A DNA stretch of 64,000 bases from Macrostomum lignano (lineage: Eukaryota), in assembly GCA_002269645.1 (NCBI GenBank), contig NIVC01003083.1, positions 1-64,000 on the forward strand. The letters are read 5' to 3'. A program made the translations under genes and the position numbers. The notes under the pieces were generated by a model. That model was not told the DNA's origin and searched no databases. It saw only the letters and a list, made by a program, of their open reading frames with translations. Positions 35,701 through 48,549 of this stretch are shown one piece after another; the stretch's first letter is position 1; every line of letters starts with the position of its first letter.

Positions 35701-38700
35701 GTGTAATTGAACTTGAGATTTTGTGGATTCTTCACACTGTCAGTGTCGATAGAAATGAGGCGTTTGAAAGTACATCCCCACATTGTAGAACTTTTTAAAA
35801 GAATGTTCCCCAATTCTACTGTTCTGGAAAACATGAAGCTTTCTCCCAGAAAGTTTTGTACCTCTTGACAGACGGTATTCACATCTATCTAAGCTGATAG
35901 CTACGCGAGCTCATGATTGAGACCAAATTTTTGTTGCTTGTTGATGAAGCCAACAAGGGGCGAAGTTGCCTAGTGGTGGTTACCTGCTGTCTTGATAGTT
36001 GGGAGATTCGCTAGGCCAGCCTACTATCCAAGCAACAGATGCAAAAACAATTGCAGATGCGATCAACAAATGTGTGAACAAACAGTGGAAAGATGAGCAA
36101 CTGTGTTTCCCTTATATTAGACAGCTGTGCCACAATGCGCGGTTCAAGGGCTGGTGCTATAAAATGGGTCCAGGGTGAAGCTTAGCTGGACATTGGAGGA
36201 TGTAGCCTTCACCATGTTCACCATGCCTGGAAGAAGGCCATTAATTCGCTTAATTGCAATCTTGAAGGATTTGCTTCTGATCTGTTCAGCTTCTTTGTTA
36301 CAATGCCCCAACAGAAAACATTACGACCAGCTAGCTAATTTGTTAGAAGTCGAGAAGTTGAAGTTTCTGCGGCCTGTCAAGACTAGGGGGTTGCAGCTTG
36401 CTCCAATTATAAGGCGAATCCTGGATCAGTTCGATTTGCTGAAAACCTTCTTTGACAAACATGGCGACAAGCTCACTGGTGAGAAAGACCGTGCAGCTCG
36501 AATTCAAGCAACACTGCGAGACCCACTTCTTAAGCCACTTCTTCTGCTGGTCAATAACTGCAGCGTCACTATGGAGCGCTTTGAGCAGCTTTTCCAAAGC
36601 GGAGGCATACAGGTTTATGCCTTGTATGATTCTATGGTTGAACTCCACAAGTCTTGGCTGTTGCACTTTATCTTGGTTTTAATTTGTTTATCATTTATGC
36701 GCTACATTAGGAATCTGCGGGAATTTGACCCTAGTGCGGTAAAGTAAAAAAATCAGTTGCTGCGGGGCCTGATGGCAGGCATTTTTGCACAAAAAACCTA
36801 GAGCATATTGTACTTTAAAATTTAGTTTACATTAGTTTGTATTGCAGTTTGTTGTTTATTTTGTTTATAGCAAAAAGTTAGCAAGCCACTTAAAAAATTT
36901 CCAGTCTAATATATGTAAAATACAGCCAGGATTAAGACAATATCGTAAAACTTTTCTAAAATTAATTATGTTTTACCAAATTGGGCCTTGAATATACTAT
37001 TTAGTAAACTTTTGTTTTCCCTAAATGCACTTTTATTTATCTAGGCCAAGAACCGAGTCACTGGTCAGTATGCTGCATTAAAGTGCGTCAAAATTGACCC
37101 CAAAGATGATCTGAAAAGCATCTTAACTGAGCTACATGTGCTGCGCGACTGTCGTCATGCCAACATTGTTGAATTCTTTGGCGCTTACCTCACTGAGAAC
37201 AGAATGCTCAACCATCTCAACCTGTGGCTGGCCATGGAGTACTGTGGAGGCAAGTCGCTTCAGGTAATTATTGTAATGCAGCTGTTCATTCTTTGGCACT
37301 TTCGCCGTCTACAGTGAGATTTCGATCCTAATCACACATGTACTCTGGGTCTAGGCCAGGGGTCAGCAAACTCCGGCCCTCGTGGCCACATGCGGCCTGC
37401 AAAGCTTCTGTATCCGGCCCTCGGGTCCTTTGTGCAGCTTCACAAAAGCAATCCGGCCCGCTCAATGTTTATATCTCTTCTCAGCGCTCTTGTATCTCCT
37501 CTCTTCTCTTCTCTCCTTTCCTTTCCTCTCCTCTCCTCTCTCGTCTCTCTCTTCTCCTCTCTCTTCTCTCTTCTTTTTTTCTCCTCTCTCTTCTCTCTTT
37601 TTTTTTTCTCCTCTCTCCTCTCTCTTCTTTCTTTTCTCCTCTCTTCTATCTTATCTCTTTTCTCCTCTCTCTCTTCTCTCTTCTTTCTTTTCTCCTCTCT
37701 CTTCTCTCTTCTTTCTTTTCTCCTCTCTCCTCTCTCGTCTCTCTTTTCTCCTCTCTCTTCTCTCTTCTTTCTTTTCTCTCTCTTCTCCCTTCTCTCTTCT
37801 CTCTTTTCTCCCCTCTCTTCTCTCTTCTCTCTTTTCTCCTCTCTCTTCTCTCTTCTCTCTTTTATCCTCTCTCTTCTCTCTTCTCTCTTTTCTCCTCTCT
37901 CTTCTCTTCTCTCCTTTCCTCTCCTCTCTCCCTCCTCTCTCCTCTCTCTCTCCCATCTCCCTCTCTCCTCTCTCGTTTCTCCTGTCTCTCCTCTCGTCTC
38001 TCCTTTATTCCCTCGCATCTCTCTTCTCTATTCCCTCTCCTCTCTCCCCTCCTTCGGCCCGCAGTCATGCTTTAGGTTTTCTATCAGGTAATTGAGGTAA
38101 AAAAGTTTGCCGACCCCTGGTCTGTGATAAGATTATGATTCATCCTGATATCACAGCAAGATTCTTCCCCTCGTTAATTCTATTAGATTTTGATTAAGTA
38201 TTGTTTAATTTTTGATGTTTTAAAATTCATGTTCTCCCCGGCGCGAGATTTTTACACAAGTACTCTCAAAAGGTCTAACCTCGCCTTCCCGTATATATCA
38301 GGACATCTACACCACCACTCGCCGGCCCCTGGACGAGGCCTCCATCGCGTTCATCTCCCGCGAGGTGGTTCGCGGCCTGATGCACATGCACTCCAAGCAC
38401 CAGATCCACCGCGATGTCAAGGGCGCCAACATTTTGTTAACCACCGAGGGCCGAGTTAAGCTGGCCGACTTTGGCATTTCAGCTCAGATTACTGAGACTC
38501 TGGGCAAGAGAATGTCCTTCATTGGCACGCCTTACTGGATGGCGCCTGAGGTCAGACTGGGGTTCGAACACACACACCTAATCCGCATCAGTTTCGATAA
38601 TTGCTTGCCCCTCTACTCACAAGAATCGCCCCTTACCCCAATAGGAATAACCCATTACTCCCCATGAAGAATCACCCTTTACCACAATTAAAAATCGCCC

Positions 38701-39375
38701 CTTACCCCAATAAGAATCGCCCCTTATCCCAATGAGAATCGCCCCTTACCCCAATAAGAATCGCCCCTTACCCCAATAAGAATCGCCCCTTACCCCAATG
38801 AGAATCGCCCCTTACCCCAATGAGAATCGCCCCTTACCCCAATAAGAATCGCCCCGTACCCCAACAAGAATCGCCTCTTACCCCAACAAGAATCGCCCTC
38901 CATCGCCCCCTCCCCTTTGACTCGACAGATCGCCGACGTGAAGCGCAAAGGCGGCTACGACGAGCGCTGCGACATCTGGTCGGTGGGCATCACCGCCATC
39001 GAGCTGGCCGAACTGGAGCCGCCCCTGTTCAACATGCAGCCGCTGAAGGCGCTGCAGTACATGACCACCAGCCGGTTTAAGCCGGCAAAGCTGCGAGACA
39101 AAGCGGCCTGGTCCGGCGCTTTTCACGACTTTCTCAAGGCCACTCTGCGAATGAATCCGCGAAATCGACCGGCCGCTAGTGAGCTGCTCAGCCACCAGTT
39201 TTTAGTCAGTCCGGCGCTGGGCGAGCATCTCACTGTGGCGCTGCTCAGGCTGTTCCAGGAGGCCTGCCGCAAGCAGCACAGCAGCTTTGAGCAGCTGCTC
39301 AAGGCTAGCAGGTGCGTTTGCAGTGGACCCGAATAAGTGGGACAGACAGACAGATATATAGATAGACAGACAGGC

Positions 39376-39406
<31 letters not shown>

Positions 39407-39427
39407 TATATAGATAGACAGACAGGC

Positions 39428-39464
<37 letters not shown>

Positions 39465-39695
39465 GCAGGCAGGCAGACAGGCAGACAGACAGACAATAAG
39501 ACAGACACTAATACACTTGGCAGCAGATGACAGAGACAGTCAGCAGCCACTGCTGCAAGAGCTAGTGCAAGGAGACACTAAGACATGCAGTTGCTAAACT
39601 ATCCTTTCAGAGCTGGTGGAGTTTTGCCCGAATCTCAGCAACAACCACAGCAGGGACGTCAGAAGCAACAGCAGCAGCAACAGCAGCAACAACAG

Positions 39696-39729
<34 letters not shown>

Positions 39730-42700
39730 AACAGCAGCAACAGCAGCAACAACAACAACAACAACAGCAACAACAACAACAACAGCAGCAGCAACAGCAA
39801 AAACAGCAACAACAGCAGCAACAGCAACGCGAGCGTCCCGCAGTGCCACCGCCCCGCGGACCTCCCCGAACTCCCCTACCAGTAGAGCGGCCTGACCGGC
39901 CCGTCTCTCAAATTTCTGCGGCTTCAGTGCAACAGCAGCAGCAGCAGCCGCTCCCAGCCACTCCAGGGGGTCGCCTCTCGCCTCTTTTTTCTGCGTCCTC
40001 ATCGTCCGTGTCTTCTGGCGACGCTGCCGTTGATGACGTTGACAATAACGACGACAATGACAAAGAAGCCGACGTCGAGTTGACCGCCGAGCTGCTGGAA
40101 GGCGACGACGGTGTCTACGGCCTGTTGTGGGCGTCTAGCTCTGGCATGGTGGATATCGAGTAAGCCCCGCTTGCTTGGCAAGAAGATTCTTTAAATTAGT
40201 TTTCAGGAGATTAATTAAACGGCGGTTTAAAATCGTCATCATTTATCACTTTCTTAGAAGAAATCAAAAACAAAATGATCAGTTTCTTGGAAAATGAGTA
40301 TTGCCGAAATGATCAGTTTCTTGGAAAATGAGTATTGCCACACTGAGCAGTTCCTTGGAAAATAAAAAAAATTGTCGCAATGATCAGTTTCTTGGAAAAT
40401 GAGTATTACCGCAATGATCAGTTTCTTGGAAAATGTGTATTACCGCAATGATCAGTTTCTTGGAAAATGAGTATTACCGCAATGATCAGTTTCTTGGAAA
40501 ATGAGTATCACCGCAATGATCAGTTTCTTAGAAAATAAGTATTACCGCAATAATAAGTTTCTTAGAAAACGAATATTAACGCAATGATCAGTTTCTTGGA
40601 AAATGAGTATCACCGCAATGATCAGTTTCTTGGAAAATAAGTATTACCACAATAATAAGTTTCTTAGAAAACGAATATTAACGCAATGATCAGTTTCTTG
40701 GAAAATGAGTATTACCACAATGACCAGTTTCTTGGAAAATGAGTATTACCGCAATGACCAGTTTCTTGGAAAATGAGTATTACCGCAATGATCAGTTTCT
40801 TGGAAAATGAGTATTACCGCAATGATCAGTTTCTTGGAAAATAAGTATTACCACAGTAATAAGTTTCTTAGAAAACGAATATTAACGCAATGATCAGTTT
40901 CTTGGAAAATAAGTATTACCACAGTAATAAGTTTCTTAGAAAACGAATATTAATGCAATGATCAGTTTCTTGGAAAATGAGTATTGCCGCAATGATCAGT
41001 TTCTTGGAAAATGAGTATTGCCGCAATGATCAGTTTCTTGGAAAATGAGTATTACCACAATGACCAGTTTCTTGGAAAATGAGTATTAACGCAATGATCA
41101 GTTTCTTGGAAAATGAGTATTACCGCAATGATCAGTTTCTTGGAAAATGAGTATTACCGCAATGATCAGTTTCTTGGAAAATGAGTACTACCGCAATGAT
41201 CAGTTTCTTGGAAAATAAGTACTACCGCAATGATCAGTTTCTTGGAAAATGAGTATCACCGCAATGATCAGTTTCTTGGAAAATAAGTATTACCGCAATG
41301 ATCAGTTTCTTGGAAAATGAGTATCACCGCAGTGACCAATTTTTTATCACTGTAATTACTGCAATCTCTAGAAGAAAACAATAAATGAAAAAAATTGCAG
41401 ATCCTCGGCTTCATCATCAGACTCGCGACAGAAGCAGCAACAGCAACCACCGCCCCGTCCCAGCCAGCCGCCGCGTGTGCATCCGCAGACGCCGCTGCCT
41501 CCGCCGCCGGCTCCGCTGCACCGACCGATCTCCACGCCAGCTTTTGCAGAAGCGGTCGCCGCTGAAGATGCAGCAGCTTCGGCGGCAGCGGTGGCCGCGG
41601 CAGCGAAAGCTGGAGGACGTCGACGCGGCAGCGCCAGCGTCGGAGGCGCAGCAGCGACCGCAGTCAGCTCGAGTCACCTCATCAGCCAGCATCTGCTGCG
41701 AGGGCCCAATCAGCAGCAGCAGCGCCGTCGAGTGTTCGGCAGTCAGGAGAGCCTGCTTGATAATGCCGGAGCTTTCGTGAAGATCCCCGGCGGTCTTCAG
41801 CTGCTTTTCGAGTCCTGCCCGTTGAAGATCAACGACACGGCTAAGTGGACTACGGCTGGTGGCGACCCGCTGCTGCTTTTAGGAGCAAACGAAGGTCTGT
41901 ACTGTCTGGGTCTTGGCCAGCTGCAGGAGGCGGGTGCCATGGTCCAGCTGGTGCCCATGCGCTGTTTATGGCTGTTTGTCCACCGTGGTGTTCTCACTGC
42001 CCTGTGCGGCAAGCACCCGCAGTTGTACAGGTTCGATCTGGGACCGCTGCTGCAGGTGAGCATATTCCGGCTTTTAAACTGCTGAGTTGACTGATGGCTG
42101 AGATAATTTATAGCTGAGATGATTGACGGCTGAGATGATTGACGGCTGAGATGATTGATGGTCGAGATGATTCATAGCTCAAATAATTGATAGCTTAGGT
42201 GATTGATAGCTCAGATGTTTGATTGCTCTGATGATTGATAGCTCAGGTGATTGATAGCTCAGGTGATTGATAGCTCAGGTGATTGATAGCTCAGGTGATT
42301 GATAGCTCAGGTGATTGATAGCTCAGATGTTTGATTGCTCTGATGATTGATAGCTCTGGTGATTGATAGCTCTGGTGATTGATAACTGTAGCTGAGATGA
42401 TTGACAGCTCAGATTTTTGATAGCTCTGGTGATTGATAACTGTAGCTGAGATGATTGACAGCTCAGATTGTTGATAGATCTGGTGATTGATAACTGTAGC
42501 TGAGATGATTGACAGCTCAAATTGTTGATAGCTCTGGTGATTGATAACTGTAGCTGAGATGATTGACAGCTCAGATTGTTGATAGCTCTGGTGATTGATA
42601 ACTGTAGCTGAGATGATTGACAGCTCAGATTGTTGATAGCTCTGGTGATTGATAACTGTAGCTGAGATGATTGACAGCTCAGACTGTTAACTGACTGATA

Positions 42701-44890
42701 TCCGAAAGCTCGAGAACCCAATCTCCGCGTTCCACTCGCCGACAGGAGCGCCAAGCCCTATCAAGCCGCCTGTTGCCAGGCAACCGAAATCGCGGCGGCA
42801 CCAAAGTCCCCGGCACCAAAGGCTGCATCCGGGTGGCTGTGAAGCGACATCCGGGAACAGGTGAGCGCTGGCTGGCTTGCGCCCTGCCCGACTCGGTGCT
42901 GCTGCTCCGCTGGGACCAAGGCCGCCGAGCCTTCCTGGCCTGCCGGCTGACCCGAGCCCACCGCCTGCCGCAGCCGCTGCTCACCTTTGAGCTGCTCATC
43001 AGGCCGGGCAGAGCGCTGCCGGTCGCCTGTCTAGGCGCCGTCAAAACGACATCGGCAACTGGCGGCGGCGCTAACAGTTGGGCCGGCTCGGTCAGGTACC
43101 GGCTGTTGGATCTGTCTCGGACTGAGACCCAGGTGTTCCTCTGGCCCAGTGTTGAAGATGAGCTGCAACAGCTGCAGCAGATTGAAGAGGTTGGAGTTGT
43201 CAGCCTGGCACAGTTGGACATGTCCGCTGTGCTGCTCTGCCACCGGGGCCTGGCCACGGTGCACGACTTGGACACTGGCCGGTTGAAGGCGCCAACACCG
43301 GACGGGCATTTGTCCAAGTTGAGCTTCGATTTTACACTGGAGCGGGCCCAGGTGCTGGACGAGATTGTGCTGGCGTTTTATAAGCACGGCTATCAGGTGC
43401 GTGTTGTCTTTGTTGAGTAGTATATCTAGTAGCATATGTTGAGTAGTATATCTAGTAGCATATGTTGAGTAGTATATCTAGTAGCATATGTTGAGTAGTA
43501 TATCTAGTAGCATATGTTGAGTAGTATATCTAGTAGTATATGTTGAGTAGTATATCTAGTAGCATATGTTGAGTAGTATATCTAGTAGCATATGTTGAGT
43601 AGTATATCTAGTAGTATATGTTGAGTAGTATATCTAGTAGTATTTGTTGAGTAGTATATCTAGTAGTATATGTTGAGCAGTATATCTAGTAGTATATGTT
43701 GAGTAGTATATCTAGTAGTATATGTTGAGTAGTATATCTAGTAGTATATGTTGAGTAGTATATCTAGTAGTATATGTTGAGTAGTATATCTAGTAGTATA
43801 TGTTGAGTAGTATATCTAGCAGTGTATGTTGAGTAGTATATCTAGTAGTATTTGTTGAGTAGTATATCTAGTAGTATATGTTGAGTAGTATATCTAGCAG
43901 TATATGTTGAGTAGTATATCTAGTAGTATATGTTGAGTAGTATATCTAGTAGCATATGTTGAGTAGTATATCTAGCATTGTATGTTGAGTAGTATATCTA
44001 GCAGTATATGTTAAGTAGTATATCTAGTAGTATTTGTTGAGTAGTATATCTAGTAGCATATGTTGAGTAGTATATCTAGTAGCATATGTTGAGTAGTATA
44101 TCTAGTAGCATATGTTGAGTAGTATATCTAGTAGCATATGTTGAGTAGTATATCTAGTAGCATATGTTGAGTAGTATATCTAGTAAAATATGTTGAGTAG
44201 AATACCTAGTAGTATATGTTGAGTAGTATAACTAGTAGTATAATAGAGTTATATCTTCAGTACTATATATAGTGGTATATATTGAGTGGTATCTTTGTAG
44301 TATATACTAAGTAGTATATCGCATTTAGTAGTATAAAAAGGTTGTAGCCTAGTGGTTAGAGCGTCGGACTTAAGACTGAAAGGTCGGGGATTCGATTCTC
44401 GACCCACCCGGAACAATTTATTTCGTTGAGCAGCACACAACTCTGCATTGCTTCAGTTCACCCAGCTGTAAAATGGGTGCCAGCATTAGCTGGGGTAATT
44501 GAGGCTGTGTGTGGCGACCCCCCAGTCCTTGGACTGAACAGCCGTACGCAGCCTTCAGATGCGCCGCGCAATAGCTGCGGCTGAGCTGTCGGTTGCACAT
44601 CTGGCCATTAGGGCAGGTGTAATCAGTTATATTATTATATTATACCGTGTAGAGCCGATCACAGATTTCCCTAAAATCTGCTCCAAACACCACCCCCCGA
44701 CCGGCAGGCCAGAGCCTTCCTACGCGGGCGAATCCTGCAGGAGGTGTCGGACCGCAATCGGGTGTACAGATTCCTGGGCTACGCCGATCGCAACGCGGTG
44801 CTGGAGCGCCGGCCAGTCTCAGATCCCATGGCTAACTGCGATTTAGTGATGGTTGTTGGCGACCTGATCAATGCGGATGTGCCGGCTTGA
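32792..44890 (+). CDS. MAP4K3/5: MAP4K3/MAP4K5-like (GCK-I, happyhour-like) Ste20 kinase with polyQ linker and CNH domain; exons 32792-32941, 37045-37263, 38302-38550, 38929-39311, 39611-40159, 41401-42055, 42746-43396, 44708-44890 (~1012 aa)
   Basis: All introns are GT-AG with compatible phases. Motifs: [70 protein letters not shown] features: KVPGTKGC and a C-terminal RVYRFLG..R..VLE.RP. Confidence 0.93.
33811..34108. mobile_element. MITE (TIR CATACATGCGCAAC, 8-bp TSD agggctaa) carrying a 28S rRNA fragment
   Basis: TIRs at 33811 and ending 34108; TSD at 33803-33810 and 34109-34116. 33938-33991 resembles 28S GGGTAAACGGCGGGAGTAACTATGACT...AAATGCCTCGTCA. Confidence 0.88.
35209..35481. mobile_element. 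Second MITE of the same family (8-bp TSD catactgt) carrying the 28S rRNA fragment
   Basis: TIRs gatacatgcgcaac / gttgcgcatgtatg; TSD at 35201-35208 and 35482-35489. 35314-35377 matches the 28S sequence as I recall it at 56 of 64 positions. Confidence 0.88.
35690..36747 (+). pseudogene. Decayed hAT-superfamily (ZNF862-like) transposase fragment in MAP4K intron 1
   Basis: Frameshifted or stop-broken motifs [33 protein letters not shown] and [31 protein letters not shown] (TRW-type motif). The start is approximate. Confidence 0.7.
37357..38119. mobile_element. hAT-type MITE (TIR CAGGGGTCAGCAAACT) with an expanded internal CT-rich tract
   Basis: caggggtcagcaaact ... agtttgccgacccctg. The flanks gtctaggc / gtctgtga are only a partial TSD match. 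About 550 bp of polypyrimidine lie inside. Confidence 0.75.
38620..38900. repeat. 22-bp intronic minisatellite (aagaatcgccccttaccccaat)
   Basis: Direct reading; lies in MAP4K intron 3. Confidence 0.9.
39340..39510. repeat. (GACA/GATA)n microsatellite in MAP4K intron 4
   Basis: Direct reading. Confidence 0.9.
40270..41340. repeat. 34-bp intronic minisatellite (gcaatgatcagtttcttggaaaatgagtattacc)
   Basis: Period 40381->40415; fills MAP4K intron 5. Confidence 0.95.
42085..42690. repeat. Compound 14-16 bp and 54-bp minisatellite in MAP4K intron 6
   Basis: gattgatagctcaggt units are followed by 54-bp units. Confidence 0.9.
43412..44240. repeat. 26-bp intronic minisatellite (tatgttgagtagtatatctagtagca)
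   Basis: Period 43441->43467; MAP4K intron 7. Confidence 0.95.
44340..44640 (+). mobile_element. tRNA-derived SINE, same family as 20955-21357
   Basis: Head gtagcctagtggttagagcg...ggattcgattctcga; the body is the reverse complement of 21078-21250; short AT-rich tail. Confidence 0.85.
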
Positions 44891-45180
44891 GACTGAATTT
44901 CAGTTTAATTAACCCTTGAATATTATGTTTATAATGCAAAATAATTTACTTAGAATCTGGAGCAATGCTAGCGCCTTGTTTATCAACAGCATAAAGTGCA
45001 GATGACACTGCGCCCGCTCATTGCTCAAGATAGCTCGTATTTGGAAGTGTCAGAATCCCCATTGAAAACTTTACCGCGACAAGAATCGCTCTACAGTCTA
45101 AAGCGCTTAACTTTCTACTGACTCAAGTAGACTAAATAGAGTTGTTATGTAAATGCGACATGCGATTCTGATTCATAAAT

Positions 45181-45670
45181 CAGGTGTCGACAAGCTCTGG
45201 CCCTCGGCTCCTTTGAAACTTCACAATAGCAATCCGGCCCGCTCAAGGTTTGTGTCTCTTCTCACCACTTTTCTCTCTAATCTCCTCTCCTCTCTTCCTT
45301 TCTTCCCTCCTCTCCTCTCGACTCTCTCCTCTCTTCTCCTCTCATCTGCTCTCCTCTCTCCTCTCATCTCCTCTCCTCTCTTCTCCTCTCATCTGCTCTC
45401 CTCTCTTCTTTTCTCTCTCTCATCTCCTCTCCTCTCCTCCTCTGCTCTGCTCTCCTCTCCTCTCCTCTCATCTGCTCTCCTCTCTCCTCTCATCTCCTCT
45501 CCTCTCTTCTCCTCTCCTCTCCTCTCCTCTCCTCTCCTCTCTTCTCTTCTATTAGTCACTCCTCGTCCTCTCTCTTCTCTATTCATTCTTCTCTCTTCCC
45601 CTCCTCTAGCCCGCAGTCACGTGTTAGGTTTTCTATCTGGCCCTTAAGGTAAAAAAATTCGCCAACTTTG
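45181..45670. mobile_element. Degenerate copy of the CT-tract hAT MITE
   Basis: Shares cttcacaatagcaatccggcccgctcaa, the CT tract and ccgcagtca..ttaggttttctatc..aggtaaaaaa with 37357-38119. Confidence 0.65.
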
Positions 45671-47221
45671 TCATAAAGTGACGCAATTGCGCTTTAGATC
45701 GCAACTCCGTGATTCTTCAGCGACTCTAGCACGCCTCAGATGCGACTCTACGGCCCCAGAGTCATTTCAGAGTCGCAGACAATAAAACTGCTCAAATTGT
45801 CTCTTAGGCGACTTGTACTGCGAGAGCATGAATAACAGAAATTATGGAGCTTGAATTATGCAACTTATGGAATTAAGTGACATTGTTTTAAGCGTCCCTG
45901 TTCGTACTTTACAGTTGCCGAAGTTTCGTGCCTGGGAAAATCTCATCACTCATCGTGAGTTTATTGATAAACCCAATTTTAATTAATGCTATTTCAACTG
46001 TTTAAAGAACTGTTCCTTTAATTAACTATTTTTCGGCTGTCAATCAGTAAATGTCTAATCGCAAAATCAATCATTCCACAGCGTCTATTAAAGATAAATT
46101 TAGGTGCCAAAAAAGTAAAATTTAGATATTTTTGTGTTTGAGTTGAAAAACTAAAAGATAATTTCTTTCAATTAATCAATTTGGCTTTTACAAATTTTCA
46201 ATAATTTTATATCGCCATGCTGATATTTGTGTGGGCCATTATATTTTTGGCATTCCAAAGTGTTGCATAAATGTGGTAACTGTTACTTATCTGTATTTAA
46301 TTTATTGTATCCAATTAACTATATTTGCGCTAATAATCGAATTCTTCAATTCCTAATTTTTTCATATTTTCTGTCTTAAATTGCGCTGTGTATTTTTTTT
46401 AATTATTTTACTTGCTTACGCTGTACTACTTTTAATAGAATCAGTAGTATGTAGTGGTTATTTAATCGTTTTTGTTGCGTGTTATTTTAATATATACAAG
46501 TGTATAAAATGGTAGAATGGGAAATATAGTGACATAAAGGCGTAAAATAGAAACCATGAGTTACTCATAATTTGCCATGTAAGTTTATTTTTGTTATTAT
46601 CAGCGTTCTGTTTATTTTTAATTTTGTGCCTTTTTAAATTGGCTGTTAAGAAAGTAAACTGTTAGCTGTGCTTTTGAAAGCAAATATCTATGTAAAAGCT
46701 GTGTCCATAACTGTGAAAATGTATTTATTTAATTCAGTTCGACAGGGTAGTTTTGAATATGATAATTATTAGATATTTATCCCAATCTATGGGATATTTT
46801 GCATTGTACAGTTTACATATAAAATATTGTTTGTTTATATTTTATATTTGTTTTAACCATTGTCAGGCACCAATTTTTAACTGTTTAATTTGAAATTTCA
46901 GACAATGTAATATTGTAATTGTAATAAGCTAAATTGTAATGATTTATTGGCGTTTTCTGTATTACAGGTGACCCGTCTTTGTCCGTAACACATTTGTCTT
47001 TGGCATCTGGGTTTCTTTTATATGAAAAATAAATATAATTTTTAAATAACACTTTTAGCAGCGCTGCCTATAGGAATGTATTATTGCTGCAAATCAAAGC
47101 TTAAGAAGTTTGTCTCATCTGAAGTTTTTTTATCTAATTTGCACAGTCTAATCTTAGTGATAAGCTTCCGTTTATTGCACTTAATTTCCGGTATCTCAAC
47201 TTCTGGACTCTTTAAATTACA

Positions 47222-47822
47222 AGAATGCTCAAGGATTGTGAAGATATGGGAGATGTGAATGCGTAAGGATCGTGAAGATATGGGAGATGTGAATCCTCAA
47301 GGATTGTGAAGATATGGGAGTTGTGAATGCGTAAGGATTGTGAAGATATGGGAAATGTGAATGCTCAAGGATTGTGAAGATATGGGAGATGTGAATGCGT
47401 AAGGATTGTGAAGATATGGGAGATGTGAATGCTCAAGGATTGTGAAGATATGGGAGATGTGAATGCGTAAGGATTGTGAAGATATAAGAAATGTGAATGC
47501 TTAAGGGTTGTAAAGATATTGGAAATGTGAATGCTTAAGGGTTGTGAAGATATGGGAGATGTGAATGCGTAAGGATTGTGAAGATATGGGAGATGTGAAT
47601 GCTCAAGGATTGTGAAGATATGGGAGATGTGAATGCGTAAGGATTGTGAAGATATAAGAAATGTGAATGCTTAAGGTTTGTGAAGATATAAGAAATGTGA
47701 ATGCTCAAGGATTGTGAAGATATGGGAGATGTGAATGCGTAAGGATTGTGAAGATATGGGAGATGTGAATGCTCAAGGATTGTGAAGATATGGGAAATGT
47801 GAATGCTTAAGGGTTGTGAAGA
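47222..47822. repeat. 34-bp minisatellite with alternating variants (gaatgc[tc/gt]aaggattgtgaagatatgggagatgt)
   Basis: Direct reading. Confidence 0.92.
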
Positions 47823-48006
47823 ATCGGCTCGATCTGTACTTGAAGCGTTGGCTCAATAGCAGCAAAAGAATCAAACAAACAGGTAAACAAATAGGCATTT
47901 TTATTTTCCGGGCAAAAAAGTCGATCGTGCCAGATTTGATTCCAGTTGCGCATGTCCCGGTTTGCCACATTAAGCACTCAAAATTGTCTTAGCGCAGAGG
48001 CTTCAG

Positions 48007-48351
48007 TCAAGCCAATGCATGCCATACAGCCATGGGAATTGCTTGGTCGTCAGTGGCACTGTTATTGAAGCTCAGGGCGGCGTTGTCCATGTTCCACTCC
48101 AGATGAGCTCGGGGCTCTCGGAAGCAGCAGCAGCGCTTCTTATAGGCGGCATAGATAACCAGCAGAGGGACAGAAAGGCAGAGCAGCATCGGTCCAAAAA
48201 CTATTCCTAAAGCAAACCAGTCGGCATGCTTGCCTGGAGATTTCGGCCAGTGACGTTCATTATGCACTGGCGCCACGCCAACGGTCACCTCTGCTAAACA
48301 GATCGACAGCGTGACGGCCACTGTCATTGTCTTAGCGATTTTACTGATCAT
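48007..48351 (-). CDS. Small putative type-I membrane protein (114 aa)
   Basis: Signal-peptide-like N-terminus, short ectodomain, TM WFALGIVFGPMLLCLSVPLLVIYAAY, then KKRCCC and LEWN. Confidence 0.5.
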   Translation of the reverse strand: MISKIAKTMTVAVTLSICLAEVTVGVAPVHNERHWPKSPGKHADWFALGIVFGPMLLCLSVPLLVIYAAYKKRCCCFREPRAHLEWNMDNAALSFNNSATDDQAIPMAVWHALA

Positions 48352-48549
48352 GTTTCTTTTTCAATTTTGTCGAATAATTTCGTCGAAGACGATAGCTGAG
48401 ATGAAGGTGAAAAATTCTAGTTGAGAATATTGGCTTTGATTATCATTTTTGGTTCCGGCGCGGCCTGCACTGCAGCCAATCAGCGATCGGCTGTGCGCAT
48501 GGCCAGTGGACGGACGACTGTTCAGGCAGAACAGCGAACTGTTGGGCAA

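Noticed and set aside
37338-38095. Leu/Ser/Phe-rich and Arg/Glu-rich ORFs
   Set aside because: Translation of the CT tract inside a MITE.
44340-44412. Functional tRNA gene (also 21285-21357 and 52112-52187)
   Set aside because: The anticodon and acceptor stems do not pair well, the anticodon differs between copies, there is no poly-T terminator, and the heads run into SINE bodies.
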